A stretch of DNA of 64,000 nt from positions 214 through 64,213 of the forward strand of contig JAEZCN010000191.1 in assembly GCA_023433515.1 (NCBI GenBank), given 5' to 3'. The notes beneath the pieces are model-generated. The model worked only from the letters and a program-made list of their open reading frames with translations, had not been told where the DNA came from and did no database searches. The position numbers and the translations under genes were made by a program. Positions 61,151 to 64,000 of this stretch are shown here, piece after piece (position 1 is the first letter of the stretch; each line of letters opens with the position of its first letter). Source of the stretch: Pseudomonadota bacterium. Its GTDB lineage: Bacteria > Pseudomonadota > Gammaproteobacteria > Steroidobacterales > Steroidobacteraceae.

Positions 61151-62418
61151 CCGACCGGAGAGTCACGTGGCTCCCTTTGCATCTGAAGCCGCTGCTGCGC
61201 TTTCGAGTGCTCCTGGCATTGCTGCTCGCACTGATGGTGCTGCTGCTGTTGTGGGCGAAGCTGCGCGGGCCCGTGCTGCCCGGCTATCGCATCGAATCCG
61301 GTCCGCTGGTGCAGAACGTCGTGGCGACCGGCCGCGTGATCGCCACGTCGCGCGCGCAGGTCGGTAGTGAGATCACAGGCACCGTGCTCGAACGGCGGGT
61401 GAAGGAAGGAGACAGCGTGAAGGCGGGCGACATCCTGGTCACGTTGCGCTCGGAGGATCTCGTCGCCCGCGTTCGCGAAGCCGAGGCGGCGCTGCGACAG
61501 CTCGAGTCGGCCACGCGCCCGCAACGACAGGCGGAACTGCGGCAGGCCGAGGCGCAGCTCGCGCAGGCCACGCGGGAGCGCGCGCGCCGCGCGGAACTCA
61601 TTACACGGCAGCTCGTCGCCCGCGAGGCGCTCGAACAAGCCGAGGAAGCCGAGACCGTGGCGCGCGCGACGGCGGAACGGGCGCGCCTTGCCGCCGACGC
61701 CGTGGCAACCGGCCGCAGCGAAGAGCGTCAGCTTCGCGAGCGCCTGGCCGCGGCGCGGGCGCAGCTCGAGAAAGCCGTGGTTCGCGCAACCGTCGAGGGG
61801 ACAGTGCTGACTCGCAATGTCGAACCGGGCGATCTGGTGCAGCCCGGGCGCGTCCTGCTCGAGATCGCGCGCAGCGGCGACACGGAGATCGAAGTCCCCG
61901 TCGACGAGAAAAACCTGGCGACGCTCGCATTGGGACAGCAGGCGCAGTGTCTCGCCGACGCGTTCCCCGACCGGCCCTTCGGCGCGGTGGTCAACTACAT
62001 CGCGCCGAGCATCGACGCGGGGCGTGGCACGGTCTCAGTTCGCCTCACAGTCGAGCCGGTTCCGGCCTTCCTGCGTCAGGACATGACCGTGACGGTTACC
62101 GTGGAAACCGGACGCCGCGAGGACGCGCGCGTCGTGCCCAACGATGCCGTGTTCGCGGCGGATACTCCGCAGCCGTTCGTGCTGGCGGTGCGCAATGGTC
62201 GTGTCGAGCGGCAACCCGTGACGCTGGGCCTGAGAGGGATGGCGCTGTCCGAAGTGACCGCGGGACTGAACGTCGGGGATCGGGTGCTGGCGGCCGCGGC
62301 GGATCACCAGAACCTGTCGGACGGCGCCCGCGTTCGCGTGAGCATCGAGGCGGTTCCCGCATCGGGCATGGAGGCCAGTAGCGGCGCGCGCAATGAGATT
62401 CCGGTCCAGCTCGACTGA
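61147..62418 (+). CDS. HlyD/MacA-family periplasmic adaptor (membrane fusion protein)
   Basis: The ATG at 61147 overlaps the NOX stop (ATGA). TM anchor, a lipoyl-like segment (VGSEITGTVLERRVKEGDSVKAGDILVTL) and a long coiled coil. The listed ORF starts 96 nt early. Confidence 0.85.
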   Translation: MTDRRVTWLPLHLKPLLRFRVLLALLLALMVLLLLWAKLRGPVLPGYRIESGPLVQNVVATGRVIATSRAQVGSEITGTVLERRVKEGDSVKAGDILVTLRSEDLVARVREAEAALRQLESATRPQRQAELRQAEAQLAQATRERARRAELITRQLVAREALEQAEEAETVARATAERARLAADAVATGRSEERQLRERLAAARAQLEKAVVRATVEGTVLTRNVEPGDLVQPGRVLLEIARSGDTEIEVPVDEKNLATLALGQQAQCLADAFPDRPFGAVVNYIAPSIDAGRGTVSVRLTVEPVPAFLRQDMTVTVTVETGRREDARVVPNDAVFAADTPQPFVLAVRNGRVERQPVTLGLRGMALSEVTAGLNVGDRVLAAAADHQNLSDGARVRVSIEAVPASGMEASSGARNEIPVQLD

Positions 62419-62423
62419 CGATC

Positions 62424-63626
62424 ATGTGGGTCGAATCCACCATCGCCGTGAAGTTCATGCGGGAGAACCGCACGCAGACGACGCTGATCCTCGTGGGGAT
62501 CGCGGTCGGCGTCGCCGTGATCGTGTTCATCACGGCGCTGATCACCGGCTTGCAGGCCAACATCATCGATCGCACGCTCGGCACGCAGGCGCACATCAAG
62601 GTGCAACCACCGGATGAGATCAACCGCATCTCGCCCGCGCCGCCCGGGGTGACACGACTGGTACTGGAAACCCGGCGCGCGCAGCGCCTGCGATCGATCA
62701 ACAACTGGCAGCAGGCGGCGCTGACGCTGGAGTCGCTGCCCGAGGTCACGGCGGTTTCGCCCGTGGTGTCCGGGCCCGCATTCGCCTTGCGCGGCAACGC
62801 CATCGAATCGGTGGCGCTCGTCGGCATCGATCCGCCGCGCTACCAGCGCATCATCCCCATTGCCCAGGACATCGTCGCCGGGCAATTGCGCGTCGGTGCG
62901 GGTGACGCGGTGATCGGCAACCTGCTCGCGCAGGACCTGGGCGTGCGTGTCGGGGACAAACTACTTCTGCGGGCCGGAGAGGGCCGCGAAGCGCAGCTCA
63001 ACGTCGCGGGCATCTTCGAGCTCGGCGTGCGCGAGCTCGATCAGCGTTACGTCTATCTGGACCTGAAGCAGACTCAATCGCTGCTCGACCTGCCCGGCGG
63101 CGTCACCGTCATCGACCTCACGGTGCGGGACATCTTCGCGGCCGATCGGGTCGCCGCGCGCATCCGGCAGCTCACCGGGCTCGAGGCCGAGAGCTGGATG
63201 CAGAGCAACGCGCAACTGATGAACGCATTGACGTCACAAAGCCTGTCCACGCGGATGATCGCCTTCTTCGTCGGCCTGTCGGTGGCGTTCGGTATCGCCA
63301 GCGTGTTGTCCATCAGCGTGGTTCAGCGCACGCGCGAAATCGGCATCCTGCGCGCCATGGGCACCACGCGCCGGCAGATGCTGCTGGTGTTCCTGGTCCA
63401 GGGAGCCGTGCTCGGGCTGCTGGGATCGGCGGTGGGCGCGTTCGCCGGGTATGGACTCGTGTGGGTCTTCAACGAGTTCGGGCCAGGGCTGTTCCACATC
63501 CCGCTGGCGCCGCTGCTCGTGCCCGCGGCCATGGCGCTCGCAACGCTCGTGGGTGTGCTGGCAGCGGCGGTGCCCGCGCGGCGCGCGGCGCGTCTCGATC
63601 CGGTCGAGGCCATTCGCTATGTCTGA
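62424..63626 (+). CDS. ABC transporter permease, FtsX/MacB/LolC type
   Basis: N-terminal TM, a large periplasmic domain, then a C-terminal FtsX domain (REIGILRAMGTTRRQMLLVFLVQG...). Confidence 0.9.
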   Translation: MWVESTIAVKFMRENRTQTTLILVGIAVGVAVIVFITALITGLQANIIDRTLGTQAHIKVQPPDEINRISPAPPGVTRLVLETRRAQRLRSINNWQQAALTLESLPEVTAVSPVVSGPAFALRGNAIESVALVGIDPPRYQRIIPIAQDIVAGQLRVGAGDAVIGNLLAQDLGVRVGDKLLLRAGEGREAQLNVAGIFELGVRELDQRYVYLDLKQTQSLLDLPGGVTVIDLTVRDIFAADRVAARIRQLTGLEAESWMQSNAQLMNALTSQSLSTRMIAFFVGLSVAFGIASVLSISVVQRTREIGILRAMGTTRRQMLLVFLVQGAVLGLLGSAVGAFAGYGLVWVFNEFGPGLFHIPLAPLLVPAAMALATLVGVLAAAVPARRAARLDPVEAIRYV

Positions 63627-64000
63627 CGAAGTCCTGCGGCTCGCGAGCCTTCGCAAGTCCTACAACGTGGGCCTGCCCACCGAAATGGAGGTTTTGCACG
63701 GCATCGACCTCACGCTCGGCCGGCAGGACTTCGCGGCGCTGGTCGGACCTTCCGGCTCCGGCAAGAGCACCTTGCTGAACTTGTTAGGGCTGCTCGATTC
63801 ACCCACCGCCGGAGAGGTGTACCTCCTCGGCCAGCCGACCCGCGAGATGGACGACACTGGCCGAACGCATCTGCGCGCGAGCGCCATCGGCTTCGTGTTC
63901 CAGTTCCACCATCTGCTTCCCGCGTTCAGCGCGCTCGAGAATGTGATGATGCCGTTGATGGTGACGCGTGGACGTCCCAGCGCGGAGACGCTCGAGCGGG
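63619..64000 (+). CDS. ABC transporter ATP-binding protein (MacB/LolD type); 3' end off the window, so absent from the ORF track
   Basis: My own translation from the ATG at 63619, which overlaps the permease end by 8 nt: [18 protein letters not shown]...[21 protein letters not shown] (Walker A)...[20 protein letters not shown]. Confidence 0.9.
   Translation, partial: MSDEVLRLASLRKSYNVGLPTEMEVLHGIDLTLGRQDFAALVGPSGSGKSTLLNLLGLLDSPTAGEVYLLGQPTREMDDTGRTHLRASAIGFVFQFHHLLPAFSALENVMMPLMVTRGRPSAETLER

Noticed and set aside
1-64000. Search by eye for tRNA/rRNA genes, CRISPR arrays, IS elements, integrases, phage or known defence genes
   Set aside because: None was recognised. There are no T-loop GGTTCGAATCC-type motifs, no regularly spaced direct repeats beyond the 10-bp array at 46001, and no transposase- or integrase-like ORFs. 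A computational scan (tRNAscan-SE, Infernal, ISEScan, DefenseFinder/PADLOC) would be needed to be sure.

Overview
This is a high-GC bacterial chromosomal window. Gene content looks proteobacterial (TonB-dependent receptor, OmpA, PEP-CTERM tail, several ECF sigma factors); any finer taxonomic guess would be inference only. I recognised no rRNA, tRNA, CRISPR array, transposase or integrase. About 57 protein genes are credible. Two of them run off the window edges and are absent from the ORF track: a DUF885 lipoprotein at 1..1283(-) and an ABC ATPase at 63619..64000(+). Many long ORFs in the track are antisense or off-frame shadows typical of GC-rich DNA. Several true genes start well inside the listed ORF; those starts were re-derived from signal peptides, Shine-Dalgarno spacing and stop/start overlaps. 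Recognisable content includes SugE, an AzoR-like protein, LysR, SelO, a TonB receptor with an OmpR/HK pair, and YdbS/YdbT PH-domain proteins. There is also an ECF sigma paired with a Ser/Thr kinase, a GPH transporter with GH43, several esterases, M13 and M12B metalloproteases, and a trypsin-like protease facing a serpin. The right end holds a NOX-like ferric reductase coupled to a MacAB-like exporter. The most interesting region is a ~7 kb minus-strand operon (22216..29265) encoding six exported proteins or lipoproteins that I cannot assign to any family. It contains a tandemly duplicated two-gene module and ends with a small gp5/VgrG/PAAR-like beta-helix protein. It converges on the ECF-kinase pair. 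Other oddities are gene remnants (PhoD, DUF2182, a sigma2-only ECF sigma, an orphan sorting tag), a 5 x 10-bp tandem repeat, and an RRM-protein operon with ATGA couplings. All functional calls rest on motif recognition by eye; no database search was run.
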